A stretch of 64,000 nucleotides of DNA from Mantamonas sphyraenae STR306 (taxonomy: Eukaryota; Protista; CRuMs), in NCBI GenBank assembly GCA_026936335.1, contig JAPMXV010000035.1:62001-126000 (forward strand), written 5' to 3'. Position 1 is the first letter of the stretch. The number at the start of each line of letters is the position of its first letter. Below are positions 1 through 11,919 of the stretch, piece by piece. A program made the translations under genes and the position numbers. The notes under the pieces are model-generated. The model did no database searches. It was given only the letters and a program-made list of their open reading frames with translations, and had not been told where the DNA came from.

Positions 1-1275
1 TCGTTGGCAGTGTGCTCGGGCACAGCCAGCGTACGCACCATCTCTGCGCTCAATTCCAGCGGCATCCACCACTGTAGCCACGCCGCCATCCGTGCCTGCT
101 GCCCCATGTGCTGCTTTCCTGCGGCCCGTCGCATCAGTTCTTGATGCTTCTTGCGTCCATGCTTGCGCATGTCTTTCTCCTTGGCCGCTGCCAGTGTGCG
201 CACCACCAATCCGATCAAGTGGTCCCTGTATCCGTACACACTCTGCTCCGCCGCCATTTGCGCGTCCTCTTTGCTCTGTTCCAGAAGTTCTCCCAGCTGC
301 AGCTCCAACATGAGCACATTGTTCATCGTGTACCAAGCGGCAAACACCGCCGCAACCTGCCCGCCCTCCAGTACCGCCTCCAGCCGCTCCACGTCCAACT
401 CCTCCCGTACCACACGCAACAATGACTTTTGGCAATGAAGCACCGCCAACGATCGCGCACAACTCTCCAATGCGGGCGGCCGGTACGCGCGAGACTGATT
501 CTGCCACGGCGCATCATCATCCTCACCTTCTTCGCTCTGCTCGTACAAACTTTGCACCTTGGCTAGCTTTGGTATCGATCTGCTCTCCTGCGCAAAGCTA
601 CTCAGTGCCGCCACAAACCCTTTGCCCGTCTGCTTCCGCGGCCGCTCCTGCTCCGCCTCCCACACAGCTTTGCGAGCCCCGTACGCCTGGTAAGCCTGTA
701 CAAAAGGAGCGTGGAAAGTGTGCACTGGGTACACGCACCCCTGTGCGTGCCATGCGCACGTTCTTGGTAAACACGTTGCCGTCCTTGGCCTCTTGCGAGC
801 CCATTTTCCCCTTTGCCCGCTTCTTTGCTCCTCGTGCTTGCCTCTTGCTTCCGCTGCTGCTGCTGCTGCTGCTGCCGCCGCCACTGCTCGTGTGGTTGCT
901 CCCGACGACTCCTCGCACTTGGCTCCCCTTTGCCCCTCTGTATTTTGTCCGCGCCTGTCGGGCCATGGCGAGCAGCTGCTCCACGTCGTCGTCAAGCAAC
1001 GCTTCCGCCTCCTCCGCCTCTGCTTCCTCGTCCTCTCGCGCCTGCTCTTCCGCTGCACGTGCCTCATCCTCCTGTTTCATGTGTTGCCTGGTGTGGTGTG
1101 TTTCCACAGGGTGTCAGTGTTCACCCCATCGGCCTCTGTCCCACTATGCGCTCGTCACTCACCTCTTCAACGATTTGATCATCCCTGCGTTGTCTGCACA
1201 CACCCGTTCCATCAGCGTTTCCGAGTACACCAGGTTTCCGTGCACACGCACCAATTCATTCAGTAGCGATTCCAT
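1..1275 (-). CDS. Hypothetical protein, 3' end runs off the window; about 3 exons
   Basis: ATG 1275 (MESLLNELVRVHGN...), GTGAGT donor near 1162, middle exon QHMKQEDEARAAEE..., second intron near 740, then a stop-free frame (AYQAYGARKAVWEAE...WLQWWMPLEL) to position 1. Family not recognised. Confidence 0.55.
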
Positions 1276-1287
1276 GGCCCCAACTGT

Positions 1288-2807
1288 TCACTCCAATGCG
1301 CTGTATCGCGCAGCCGCCTTTTTCTTGGCCACCACCCCGTACTTGTCCGTTGGCAAGATCACATTCTCCTCCTTCACAGAACCCAGCCCCGCTCCTTCGT
1401 TGTGCATCTGCACACGGATGGGTTCCACAATCCCCTGGCCATGTTTGCCCAGGCCCTGGCCCTTTTGCCACCCCATCTGCGCCAACAGCTTGCCTCCCTT
1501 TGTCTCGCTCATTTTCTCGCCGGCCTCCACCTCAACGATGCCACTCCCACTCGCACCACTTGCTCCCTTTGCGTCCATGCCTTTCTTGCGATTGCCCTTG
1601 CCCATTGTGCTGCGCCGCAATCCGCTCGCCAGTTCCGTTTTCCCGTGCAGAATCCGCCGTTCGGCCGCCCGATCCCGCGTGAACCCCGTCGATCGCCTGT
1701 GTGCTTCCACCCATCGCTGTTTGCATCCTTCGATGTTCTCCTTGTGCAGCGACGACTCCACAAGATGCCTCTGCAGCAACTCCCGCGACGCCACTCGCCG
1801 ACGGCACACCAGACACACATACTTGTCCCACACAGCCCCATACTCGCTCCAGTCTGGCTGGGCTGCCACAGCCACCGTGTCCAGCCCCTCGATGTCCTCC
1901 ACACCCACGTTCCATTTGTCAATGTCTGCTTGGCCCCGCCGTTTCCTCCGTCTTTCTTCGTCACCTTCCCCGTCCTCTGCATCCTCCTCCATGCCATCCT
2001 CCCCGCCACTGGCCACATTTCGTTTGCCTCGTTCGGTTTTCCGTTTCTTGCTCACATGCTTACCGCTCGCCGTCGTCGGGTCGCGGAGTCCACGTTGTTT
2101 CCACGCACTCCGTCGTCCAGCAGCTGGCCGTACACGTCGTAACGTTGGAAGCGCGCACTCATAGAGTCGAAGCGGTAGTACACTTGTGTGGGTGTGTGCA
2201 GGTAGTACCCCGTGTTCGCGTCAAAGTAGAAGCTGCTTTCGTCGTGCCAGAAGAAGCCGCTCGTGGCGTCGTACACATATCCGTCACTGGCCACCACCTC
2301 GTCATCCTCAAAGGTCTCGTCCGCACCCGTCACCCGCTTCACCATCGTCCTTGCATGCAGCCGCTTGTCAAACAACGGCGGTCGAACACCTTGCTCTTCC
2401 ACTTGCGCACTCGCCTGCGCCGCTGCAATCACCTCCTGCGCCATTTGGAACCTTGGATCGCTCTTTTCCAACACTGGCCCCGCCACTTTGTGCCTCTCTG
2501 TCTCTTCCCGCTGCCCTGGGCCGTTTGCTTGTCTGCCGCCGTCCCTCTCCCTGCGACACCGCCTGCACGTGTAGTCCTCCATGTAGTTCACCGTGCGGCA
2601 TTCCTCGCACATCCACTCTTGTCCATCCCTGCCTCTCCGCCTTTGCTGCTCCTCCCACGCTTCGTCCTCGTCCCTGCTCGACGCTCGCCCTCGCCACCGT
2701 CTCTCCCTTGCCCGTCCCCACTCTCGCTCCCGTTCCCGCTCCCATTCCCGGTCTCTGTCTCGTCCTCGCCCCCACTCTCTCTCTTCTTCCCACGTGCGTC
2801 TCGACAT
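1288..2807 (-). CDS. RBM5/RBM10-like splicing protein with RanBP2 zinc finger, OCRE, C2H2 finger and G-patch (no RRM seen)
   Basis: WMCEECRTVNYMEDYTCRRC; YVYDATSGFFWHDESSFYFDANTGYY; CLVCRRRVASRELLQRHLVESSLH; GGKLLAQMGWQKGQGLGKHGQGIVEPI. Frame change near 2060 is either a missing G or a 47-nt intron (2055-2009). Confidence 0.85.
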
Positions 2808-2873
2808 TCCACCAGCTGCAGATTTGGTTCCCACGGCGCACTCCTCGGCAACTCAACCGACCCTGGCGCAAAC

Positions 2874-3515
2874 ATCACCCAGCCTGCCCCTCCACAGTAC
2901 TTTGAGCAGCAGAGCCTGCAACGGTGTGCTGTACACACAATCAACAACCTGCTTGGCGATGCAGTGTACACCGCAGACCAGTTTGACGAGATGTGCTACG
3001 AAATGACCGAATTCAAGTGGAACAGAATCAACCCACACAAGTCATTCTGGGGCACAGGAAACTACGACGTCAACGTCATGATGCTCGCCCTCTCCAAGCA
3101 GGGCTACGACACACGCTGGTACAACACGACACAAAAGCACATGGCCTCTGTGGACAACGTGGCCAACTACGACGTCCTCACAGGCATCATCGTCAACCAG
3201 GTCACACCCCGCTTCCTCTTTGGCAAATCTCACCACTGGTACGCCATTGTGCCCCACGAGGGCCACTGGTGGAACATGGACAGCACTCTCGACGAGCCTA
3301 AGCTCATTGAGGGCCAAATCGGCGACGAACTCGCCCGCCTCACATCTTCCGGCACAGACACCGTCATCTTTGTAGCACCACAAGGTGCCCAGATCTATGC
3401 GGACCAAGGCGATGATGACGACGACATGGGCGCGCTCGACCTCGACGACAACGACGACGACGACAACGACGACGACACCAGCAACGACTCCCAGAAGCAG
3501 AATAGCAGCGAATAG
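2874..3515 (+). CDS. JOSD: Josephin-domain deubiquitinase (JOSD1/2-like); start codon unresolved
   Basis: YFEQQSLQRCAVHTINNLL, NPHKSFWGTGNYDVNVMMLAL, HHWYAI, WNMDS; acidic tail. No nearby in-frame ATG before the catalytic Cys; start placed at the in-frame ATC at 2874. Confidence 0.9.
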   Translation: MTQPAPPQYFEQQSLQRCAVHTINNLLGDAVYTADQFDEMCYEMTEFKWNRINPHKSFWGTGNYDVNVMMLALSKQGYDTRWYNTTQKHMASVDNVANYDVLTGIIVNQVTPRFLFGKSHHWYAIVPHEGHWWNMDSTLDEPKLIEGQIGDELARLTSSGTDTVIFVAPQGAQIYADQGDDDDDMGALDLDDNDDDDNDDDTSNDSQKQNSSE

Positions 3516-3584
3516 ACACGCAATCACATGTCCACCAGCACCCTCACTGTGCATGTCATCCTTTGCGCACGCACGCCCATCCCA

Positions 3585-4348
3585 ATGTCCAAGCGCTTCC
3601 CCGATCTCGACGCGTTTGCCTTTCGAGCTGCGGCCAAACGCCAACGCCTCGAGGTGGAGGGTGGGGACCGGGAGAGCAACAGCAGCCAAACCGTCTCCTC
3701 TGTAGACTGCTTCACACATGCAGATCCCAAACACACTCGCAAAAAGGACGTCGAAAGGCTATCGCACGACGAAAACGCGCTGCCTGATCATCTCGGCGAC
3801 AACCTCGCCCTGCTCGTTGTGGGCATCAACCCAGGCAAACAGTCTGCAGCTGCAGGCCACCACTATGCAGGCAAAACAAACCTGTTTTGGCCACTGATGA
3901 ACGAGTCTGGGATCACACAGAACAAGGGCTTCAAGGATGACGGCGACCTGCCCGGGATCGGCTTCACAAATCTCGTCCAGCGGACAACCAAGGGCTCCGA
4001 TGATCTCACAAATTCCGAAATGCGTGCAGGAGCAGATGCTCTGCATGCCAAGCTGCACAAACACACCCCTTCCATTGTTCTCTTCAACGGGTTTGGCATC
4101 TGGCGAGCGTTCTCTCGCCAGGGTCCACCAGATGACCCCACACAACCCATCCGCCTGAACACACACCCGCATACCCTCTTCTTTGTCACTCCGTCCACCT
4201 CGGCAAGGGCTGCAAACTACTCACGCGAGGCCAAACGCGAGTGTTTGACGCTGTGCACCAGGCCATGCAAGCAAACAACCAAGAGCAGCAACAGCAACAG
4301 CACAAGGAGCCCCATGGACGAGAACACGCTCCGGGCACTCCAGAGTGA
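3585..4348 (+). CDS. TDG: TDG/Mug family G:T/U mismatch DNA glycosylase
   Basis: LPDHLGDNLALLVVGINPG, GHHYAGKTNLFW, GIGFTNLVQRTT, TPSTSAR. As assembled the frame runs into the E3 gene; with one added G at 4241 it would stop at TGA 4346-4348. Confidence 0.85.
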
Positions 4349-7300
4349 CAATGTGGACCTGCAGGTCGGCGCCCTGACCGAGCTGTGCACGTTGCTGTGC
4401 ATCGGCGTGGAGGAATATATCCGCGCCTTCCACGTGCCCACCTATGTTCCTGCCATCGTCAAAGTGCTCCAGCATTCTGTAGAGACAAACCAGTTGGATG
4501 AGGTCACGGTGCTCGCAAACCGGGCCATTGCCCTCACCCTCGAGTTTGTGCCCAATTCCTGCGCCCAGGTCGTCCACGAGGGCACCATAGAGCTCCTTCT
4601 CACCCAGGTATGTGTCCCGCCACGCACCCCTTTCCGTTGCCACATCCCACTCCACCCGAGTGCATCTACTCCACTTCTGTCTCTCTCTGCATGCACGGAT
4701 TGCGGGCAACCTGATCACCTGCCTCTTTGCCCAATTCCCTCCGTGTTCTTTGCCCTCACAACCCGCACATCCTTCGAATTGCGTAGTTGCGCAATGTCAT
4801 CAACCCAGACACCGCCGAGGAGGTGCTCAAGAGCCTCGAAAAGATTGCCATCGACTCGCCCCAAGCCCTGCTCGACGACGGAGGCGCTCTCTCCACCCTG
4901 CTTGCCGCCGTCAACATTCTGCCCCAAAGCATGGGGCGCATTCTCGCCACCGTCTCCAGCATCTGCATCCACCTCGAGCCACAGTATGCCGAACAAGTCT
5001 TTTCCGAGGTTATCCCCATTCTAGCCACCCTCCTCCTCAACTACGACGACGAGCAGGTCATCAGCCGAGTTTGCGACTGCCTCGTACGTGCCTCCCTCTC
5101 CCCATGCACACCCAACCCTTCCCTGCGTCCTTGTCCATTTGCTCACAGTCCACCCTCCACCCATCCCATCCCAACCGCAGGCCACTGTCTTTGAACGCAT
5201 GCGCAGGTCGGGTCTCCAGCTCGACGACAAGGTATCGCTCCTTCTCGAGCACAACCTGCTCCACAACCTGCAGATTGCTCTCGTGGCCAGTTACGATCCA
5301 TCCATGTCTCCCTCCTCCACCTCTGTCTCCTCAGCCTCTCCATCCCTCAGTCCGGCGCCGCCATCGTCCACCGCAAACCTCAAGCAGTGCGCCACACTCC
5401 TCAAGTTTGTCGCCACCCTCTGCTCGCTGTCGCCCATTGTCACTGCACATGTCTTTCTCGAGTATCCGGACATTACACACGTCATCTCCCGCATCCTCGT
5501 GCCCTCCCACAAGTATGCCTTTGACCACAACGCCATCGAACAGATGCCGTTTGCCGCCCTCAGCAACGAGGACGAGCTCTACGCTGTGCTCCTCCACCTC
5601 CTCTGCACCATTTTCACCCCTCTTCCCACAGCTTCCCTCTCTTCCGCTGCTCAGATCTTCATTGTGCCCATGCACACCTGGATGTGGGAGGACGACTTTC
5701 ACAATTTCTACGAGTACGACCGCCTGTCCAATCTCAAACTCGAACGCGCCTACCAAACTGCCTCCGCCCCGTCTCTCTCCCTCCACATCCACCGCGGCAT
5801 CTACACTGTCCATTTTGACCGCATGAAGCAAACCAGCTTTAACGGCATCGTACGCAACGTCCAACGCCGCGCTCAGCCATCCATGTTTGCTCAACAGCTC
5901 GTTCTCGTCAACGACGACTCGCAAACCTCGCCCGGTGCAGCCTCCTCGGGAATCTGGGGCTCCGTCGATGAGGATAGCACAAGCACAGCACTTGCCTCCT
6001 CCTCCTCCTCCTCCTCCTCTTCCTCTCGCATCAAGTCGCCGTCCTTTCTGCGTCGCCGCAGCCGCAAGGCCAGCTCCACAGACGGCACAGACAAGGAAGA
6101 GAGCACCTCACCGACACAGGAAGGCAGCAGCAGCAGTGACGGCGCCGCCGCTACGCTCAGCCCTTTCCAGCGCTTCAAACGCAAGTTGTTCCGCAGCACC
6201 AGCGACAGCACAGACGGAACAGAGGCAAACTCGAGTACAGATGACAAACAACAGGATGACCTTGAGCCACTGGACCTGCAGCAGGACTCGCTGTCGCTCT
6301 CGCAGAGTGAGGCAGCTGCTCCCGCAGTGGAGCTCGACACAGACGCCATCATCGCCTCCCTGCGTGGCTACGGATGGAAAGTGGACGATGTAGTGGACGT
6401 CACTCAGATAGGTCGCACTCGTGCACAGGTGCTGGCCGAGAACACGGACATTGTGATGCACGTGATCGACCACTGGCTCCCAGCACTCTGCCAGCGCTTC
6501 CTGGAGTCTGACGAGACCGCTGTGCGCCTACAGACACTCACTGTCATCAGCCGCATTGTTCATGTGGCCACCCAGCTCGTGAGTGGCCAGCATGTCGCCG
6601 CAGCAAACGGAAACCAACCGTTGCGCAGCGATCTGCAGGCTCAGATGCACATGGTCGAGCATCTGTCCCAGGGAGCGTTTTCTCTCGCCTCCTTCCTGGT
6701 GCAGGTGATCAGCATTGCCACGTCTGCGTCAGGCATGAGTGCCACCCGAAGCGGGAGCGCGCTGGCGAATCTCCGCTCCGTCTCACGCACCCTCAGCTTT
6801 GACGACGACCATGACCGCAGCAATGCCATAAGCACGTCGCGCAGTCGCCTTTCCAACGTTATGCACGAGGTTGCTTCTGCCACGGGCGGCAGCAGCTCCT
6901 CATCTGCTGGCGCCGAAGAGGGCCCTTCCGTCGTGGGCACATATGTCTTTATGTACCATCTCACCCTCGACCTCGTGGCCATGCTCCTCGACCGCACTCC
7001 CCTCCTCTTTGGCCATCTCATGGTCAAGGAGGGCATTGTCGACGCCCTCGAACGCGTCCGGGCCCCACCCATCACCACCTCCCACTCCCTCGCCATGGCC
7101 GTTCGCAAACGCCTGTGCACCTACACCGTCACAGGTCAGGAATTTGCCACCCAGATCTGGTACCATTGCCACACCTGCGGCATGGAGGACACCACGGGAG
7201 TGTGTGAAACCTGTCGCAACACATGCCACAAGGGCCACAAGACGGCCCTCGCCTACGAAAGCTCCTTCTACTGTGACTGTGGTGCCTCGGGGGACTGCTC

Positions 7301-10300
7301 CAGTCTCGACACCGCAGGCAGCGGCAACTCTGCAAACGGAAGCGGAGCTGCAAAGCTGACCGCTGGCACAAACTCGGACACCGCCGCCGTGGATGAAGAA
7401 CCACACAGTGTGTACCTGCTCGACCATTGCTTCTCTCCCAGCGCCATGCAAGACTACATTCAGGATAGCCAGGCCGGTTCACATGCATCGTCGTCCTCCT
7501 CTTCGTCCTCCTCCTCCTCCTCCACAGAGCAGCCGCCCATGCCTCTGTCCGACGTGGCCCACTTACTGGCAGAACTCCCTCCACATAGCGACGCAGACCT
7601 TGCGCTGCAAAACTTGTGCACGCATCTGTGCGCCGATCAGCAGGCGCCCTCCACATTTGAATTCCTGGGCAGCGGCATTGTCGATGCCCTGTTGCGCTAC
7701 GTGAGCAACACGGCCAACGACACAAGCGGACGAGGTCCTTCTGCAAAGGCACGCAGGCGTCACTTTGTCGACACGGTGGCCGTGTCCCAACCGCATGCGT
7801 TCCGCAACCTCGTGCAGCAGCTCAACCGTGCCCTGACCCAAACCGAATGCCTGCCCAACACATTCAAGGAAAGCAACACCATCAGCAGATTTCTGGCCTC
7901 ACGCAGCTTCAAACGCCGCTTCCACATCAGTCTCATCCAACTGGACCAGCACGGCGTCGTCAACGCACGCAAGCTCGACCCCGTGCGCGTCTCTGCCGAG
8001 TCCATTGCCTCCATCAACAACCTGGAGCTCTTTCTCCGTGACTACCACGACATCGGCGTCTCCTCCAGCATGGAGTTTTACTTTGAGCGCGATGAAAACG
8101 TGCTGCCACGCAACAAGATGCTGCTGGAGGCGGTGATCGAGTCCCGTCTCGGTTCGGATGACATGTCCAGTGGAACGACGTCCTCCTCGTCGTCCGCATC
8201 CGCGTTCACACAGGACGCACTCCACATGGACACCGCCGGCCATTCGTTTCCCAAGAAGTTTGGCACGTTCGACGAACCCATCTTTGACCTGCAGCAAGTC
8301 AGTTTTGACAACATCTACGGCGAGGAGTACCACGTGTACTACCGCGTGACGGACATGGCTGCGAATTCGCTGGAGCGCTCGTTCAGCGCCTCTGGCCAAG
8401 AGCTGCTGAAGCACGTGACGCCCAAACACTCGCCCAAGTCGCACCTGCTGACAAAGAGCGACAGCAACAGCGGATCCACACACGAGCTGTTCACTTCGTC
8501 ATTTGAAAAGAGCGTCGAGGGATTTTTTGGGCAGCCAGCCGGCGGGCTGCTCTGTCTGCTGCACGAGTGCCACACCATGGACAAAGAGCTGGTGGCACGT
8601 GCACAACACCAGGTCCAACAGGCAGAGATGGCGAGCAGGCAACGGGGCAAGGTGACGCTTGGCCAGCAGGTGCTGGATCTGCCCACAGAGTCGGATTTGC
8701 TCGAGTTGGATCTGCCGCTGCTATCGCCCGCCGTGTTGCACAACACCCAGATTGCAGGTAAGGTGATGCGACTGTTGCAGAACCCGGCTGCGCTGGTGTT
8801 GGGCCAGTTGCCCAAATGGTGCGATATTGTGGCGTCGCACTTTGCCTTTTTGTTGCCCTACGAGGTGCGCAGGCACTTCCTGTACTTTGTACACATGGGT
8901 GGAGATGCACGCGCTCTGTTGGTGCTTCACGAGGATATGATGCAGCGACAGCAGCAGAGTGCGTATGTGTCGCCGCCCAAACACGTACGAGTGCCACTTC
9001 CACGCCTACGAGGAACACAACGACGGCACGGGCTCGCATGCGTCCCAACACTGGTTGGCAAACGTGGACAGCACCTCCTCCTTCCGCGTCACTCGCCTCT
9101 CTTCCCTCAAGCTCTGTGTGTCCAGGGCCCGCATCGTCGACAGCGCCTCGCATCTCCTCCAGCTGTACGCTGGGATGGGCGCCCCGTTTGAATTTGAATA
9201 CGTCAACGAAGCAGGCACGGGTTTGGGCCCCACCATGGAGTTCTTCTCTCTCATGGCGCGCAACCTGCAGCGCGTGTCGCTGGCCATGTGGCTCACAGAT
9301 CAGCAAGACGTCGATGCCACCGGGGATGATACAGACGATTCACACGGACATGCGGATGGGCAGCAGGGAGGTGACGCGGGTGCGGTCAACGAGACACAGG
9401 ATGCATCTGTGAGCCCATATGTGTTTCGCGAGCATGGCCTGTTCCCCATGCCTCTGTCCATGTGCGAGAAGCGCATCGGTGCCAAAAAGGCGACCATGAG
9501 TGCCATGGATACCCAGGATGATCCGCAGCGCATCCTGGAAGTGTGCAGCACCGATGAGCTGATGGACTATTTCCAGCTCCTTGGACGCTTCCTGGCCAAG
9601 GCGGTGCAAGACAACCGCATTCTGGCCATGCCTTTGAGCCGCACGTTTCTCAAGCAGCTCGTGGGGGAGCAGGACATGCGCCTGGCCGACCTGGAATACG
9701 TTGATCCGCCTACCTTTCGAACCCTGGCCATGCTCAAGCAGGTGTGCAGGGTGCGCCAGTCACGCAACGAGGCCAACAGTACGGAAGACAGTCGTCGCGG
9801 TGGCGATGAAGAGGATCAGGAGAGTGAGGAGGACGACGAGGAGCTGGGCTTGGACGGGGTGGCCATCGAGGATTTGGGACTGGATTTCACGCTGCCCGGA
9901 TGCCCCGAGGTGGAACTGTTCCCGGGAGGCGCAGACGTACAAGTGACTGCACACAATATCGATATGTACATTGATACGGTGGTAGAGAGCATGCTGGGAA
10001 CGGGTGTGGCGCGGCAGATGGAGGCGGTGCGAGCCGGTTTCTCGGAGGTGTTTCCCGTGGAGCTGTTGCAACTGTTCACCCTCGATGAGCTGTCCATGAT
10101 TCTGTGTGGCAGTGCTGAGGACGACGAGGAGGCGTGGCAGAGCGACACGCTGCGCCAGGCCGTGATGTGTTCGCACGGGTACAGCCCAGACAGCCCTGTG
10201 GTAGGCTATGTCCTGGACATCCTGAGCTCCTTGGATTCAGATGACCGCACCGACTTTCTGCGCTTCCTCACCGGATGCCCACGCTTGCCCATAGGCGGAT

Positions 10301-10491
10301 GGAACGCACTCCAGCATCGCTTCACCATTGTCAAGAAACCCAGCGACGGACGCGACCCAGACAGCCTGCTGCCCACCGCATCCACCTGCTTCACCTACCT
10401 CAAGGTGCCCGAGTACTCCAGTCGTGAGACAGCGGAACGCATGATCAAGCTGGCGCTGCGCGAGGGGCACGTTTCCTTTGATTTGTCCTAG
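4314..10491 (+). CDS. TRIP12/Ufd4-like HECT E3 ubiquitin ligase: ARM, WWE, UBR-box zinc finger, HECT
   Basis: ARM start LQVGALTELCTLLCIGVEE; WWE WMWEDDFHNFYEY...YTVHFDRMKQ; UBR box CTYTVTGQEF...CHTC...CHKGH...FYCDCG; HECT EAGTGLGPTMEFF...LPTASTCFTYLKVPEYSS...SFDLS*. Introns about 4608-4785 and 5085-5180; frame change near 8963-9071 (intron or extra base). Confidence 0.9.
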
Positions 10492-10580
10492 GGTGCGCGC
10501 ATGCGAACATACACACACACACAACACATACCCTTTGTGTACATCCACATTTCTGTCCGTGCACATTTCGATTTCGGTCT

Positions 10581-11825
10581 TCATTCATCCGCATCGGCCT
10601 CAAAAGTGCCCGCGAGGTCGCTCTGCAGCTCTTTGATGATGCCAGGGATGCGCGACTTGTGCACCAGCATGACCACGCGATACTCGGCCACGTCCCCGTC
10701 AAATGCCTTTTTCAGATGCATTGTCTCTTTGCTGAGCATGGCGGGAAAGGCAAATGCGCACTCGGCCTGCTTCAGATACACTTCGTCCTCAAATTTGATA
10801 AAGTTCAGCGTGCTGAGGTCCACCTGCTGGTATTGTCCCTCCTTCTTGGCACCTTTCTTGCCACTCTTCTTGCCCTTCTTGCCGCCAGACGACGACGACG
10901 ACGACGACGAACTGGAGGTTGTTGTCGTCGTACCCGTTTGGCTCGCCAGAAGCTCCTGCTGGCGCAGCTTGCCGTCGTTGGCCCACTCGCGATGGCCACG
11001 CGACAGAAGCAAATACCATTCAAAGCGGAACGAGTCCTGCAGCTCCTTGGTGGGTTCGTCTTCCCAGGCCCAGGTGATTTCGTCGTACAAGCCCTGCTGC
11101 AGAGGCAGTGCCACAGCAGGAGGCATGTTGAGCATGCGTTCAGAGAGAACCCAGCCGCACTGCAGGTCAGCCTGGGCGTCGGTGGCGTCCGCCAGCTTCT
11201 GGCGGGTTTCGGAGTCCGCAAACCTGTCAGCGGCGGTCAGCAGATACTTGCGCAGCTGCTTGACAAATGTGGCTTCGGCGTGGCGTTGCATGTTAACGAC
11301 CGAAGTGACGCCAAACACATCTTCGCTCTGCGAGGAACTGAGCTTGACCACGGTGCCCACAGTGTTTTGTTCAATCACATGCTCGACCAGCTTGCCTTTG
11401 TGGAACGCGTTGCGGTCGCAGTAGCCATTGACCAGTTGCTTGATACCATCGTAGTCCGCTTCGGTTGGATCAAAGAACTCGATGGACACCTGCATGAGTT
11501 CCGTGACGTCGCTGTTCTCGTCAAAGTCCGCCAACGGATCTTCCGCCGCAGGCTCAGGGCGCGGACTGATCATCAGCTGTTGGTTGTGAGACTCGTCGAT
11601 CAAAACACTCTTTTCCTCACTCGTACGCCGCTTCTCCTGCTTGCGTGCAGCTCGTGTGCGCTGGTTCACAGGCGTGCCTTTGTTGGAAGAAGACGACGAC
11701 GACGACGCCGCTGCTTTGCCTTTGCCTTTGCCCTTCTTGCTGCTGCCAGACTTGAGAGCACTGCGCAACTTTTTGTCAACGTGGGTGTCCACGAGATCAT
11801 CGGGGGGATCCTCACGCTTGCTCAT
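10581..11825 (-). CDS. BCCIP: BCCIP/Bcp1 family protein
   Basis: VSIEFFDPTEADYDGIKQLV, VGTVVK...DVFGVTSVVNM, GWVLSERMLNMPPAVALPL, FIKFEDE. Confidence 0.9.
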   Translation of the reverse strand: MSKREDPPDDLVDTHVDKKLRSALKSGSSKKGKGKGKAAASSSSSSSNKGTPVNQRTRAARKQEKRRTSEEKSVLIDESHNQQLMISPRPEPAAEDPLADFDENSDVTELMQVSIEFFDPTEADYDGIKQLVNGYCDRNAFHKGKLVEHVIEQNTVGTVVKLSSSQSEDVFGVTSVVNMQRHAEATFVKQLRKYLLTAADRFADSETRQKLADATDAQADLQCGWVLSERMLNMPPAVALPLQQGLYDEITWAWEDEPTKELQDSFRFEWYLLLSRGHREWANDGKLRQQELLASQTGTTTTTSSSSSSSSSSGGKKGKKSGKKGAKKEGQYQQVDLSTLNFIKFEDEVYLKQAECAFAFPAMLSKETMHLKKAFDGDVAEYRVVMLVHKSRIPGIIKELQSDLAGTFEADADE

Positions 11826-11919
11826 TGTTACAGTAGCGCCGATTGTGTGGGCGAGTGAGGGCGCCCTGGCAATGCCCACCACAATGTCCACCACAATGTC
11901 GATTCATTCCGAAGAAGTG

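Noticed and set aside
422-2164. Long opposite-strand ORFs (also 14404-16515, 21423-23186, 23614-25914, 39769-41346 and the 41347-43164 part of the 1296-aa ORF)
   Set aside because: Antisense shadows of real genes, expected with high GC and biased codons; no recognisable motifs.
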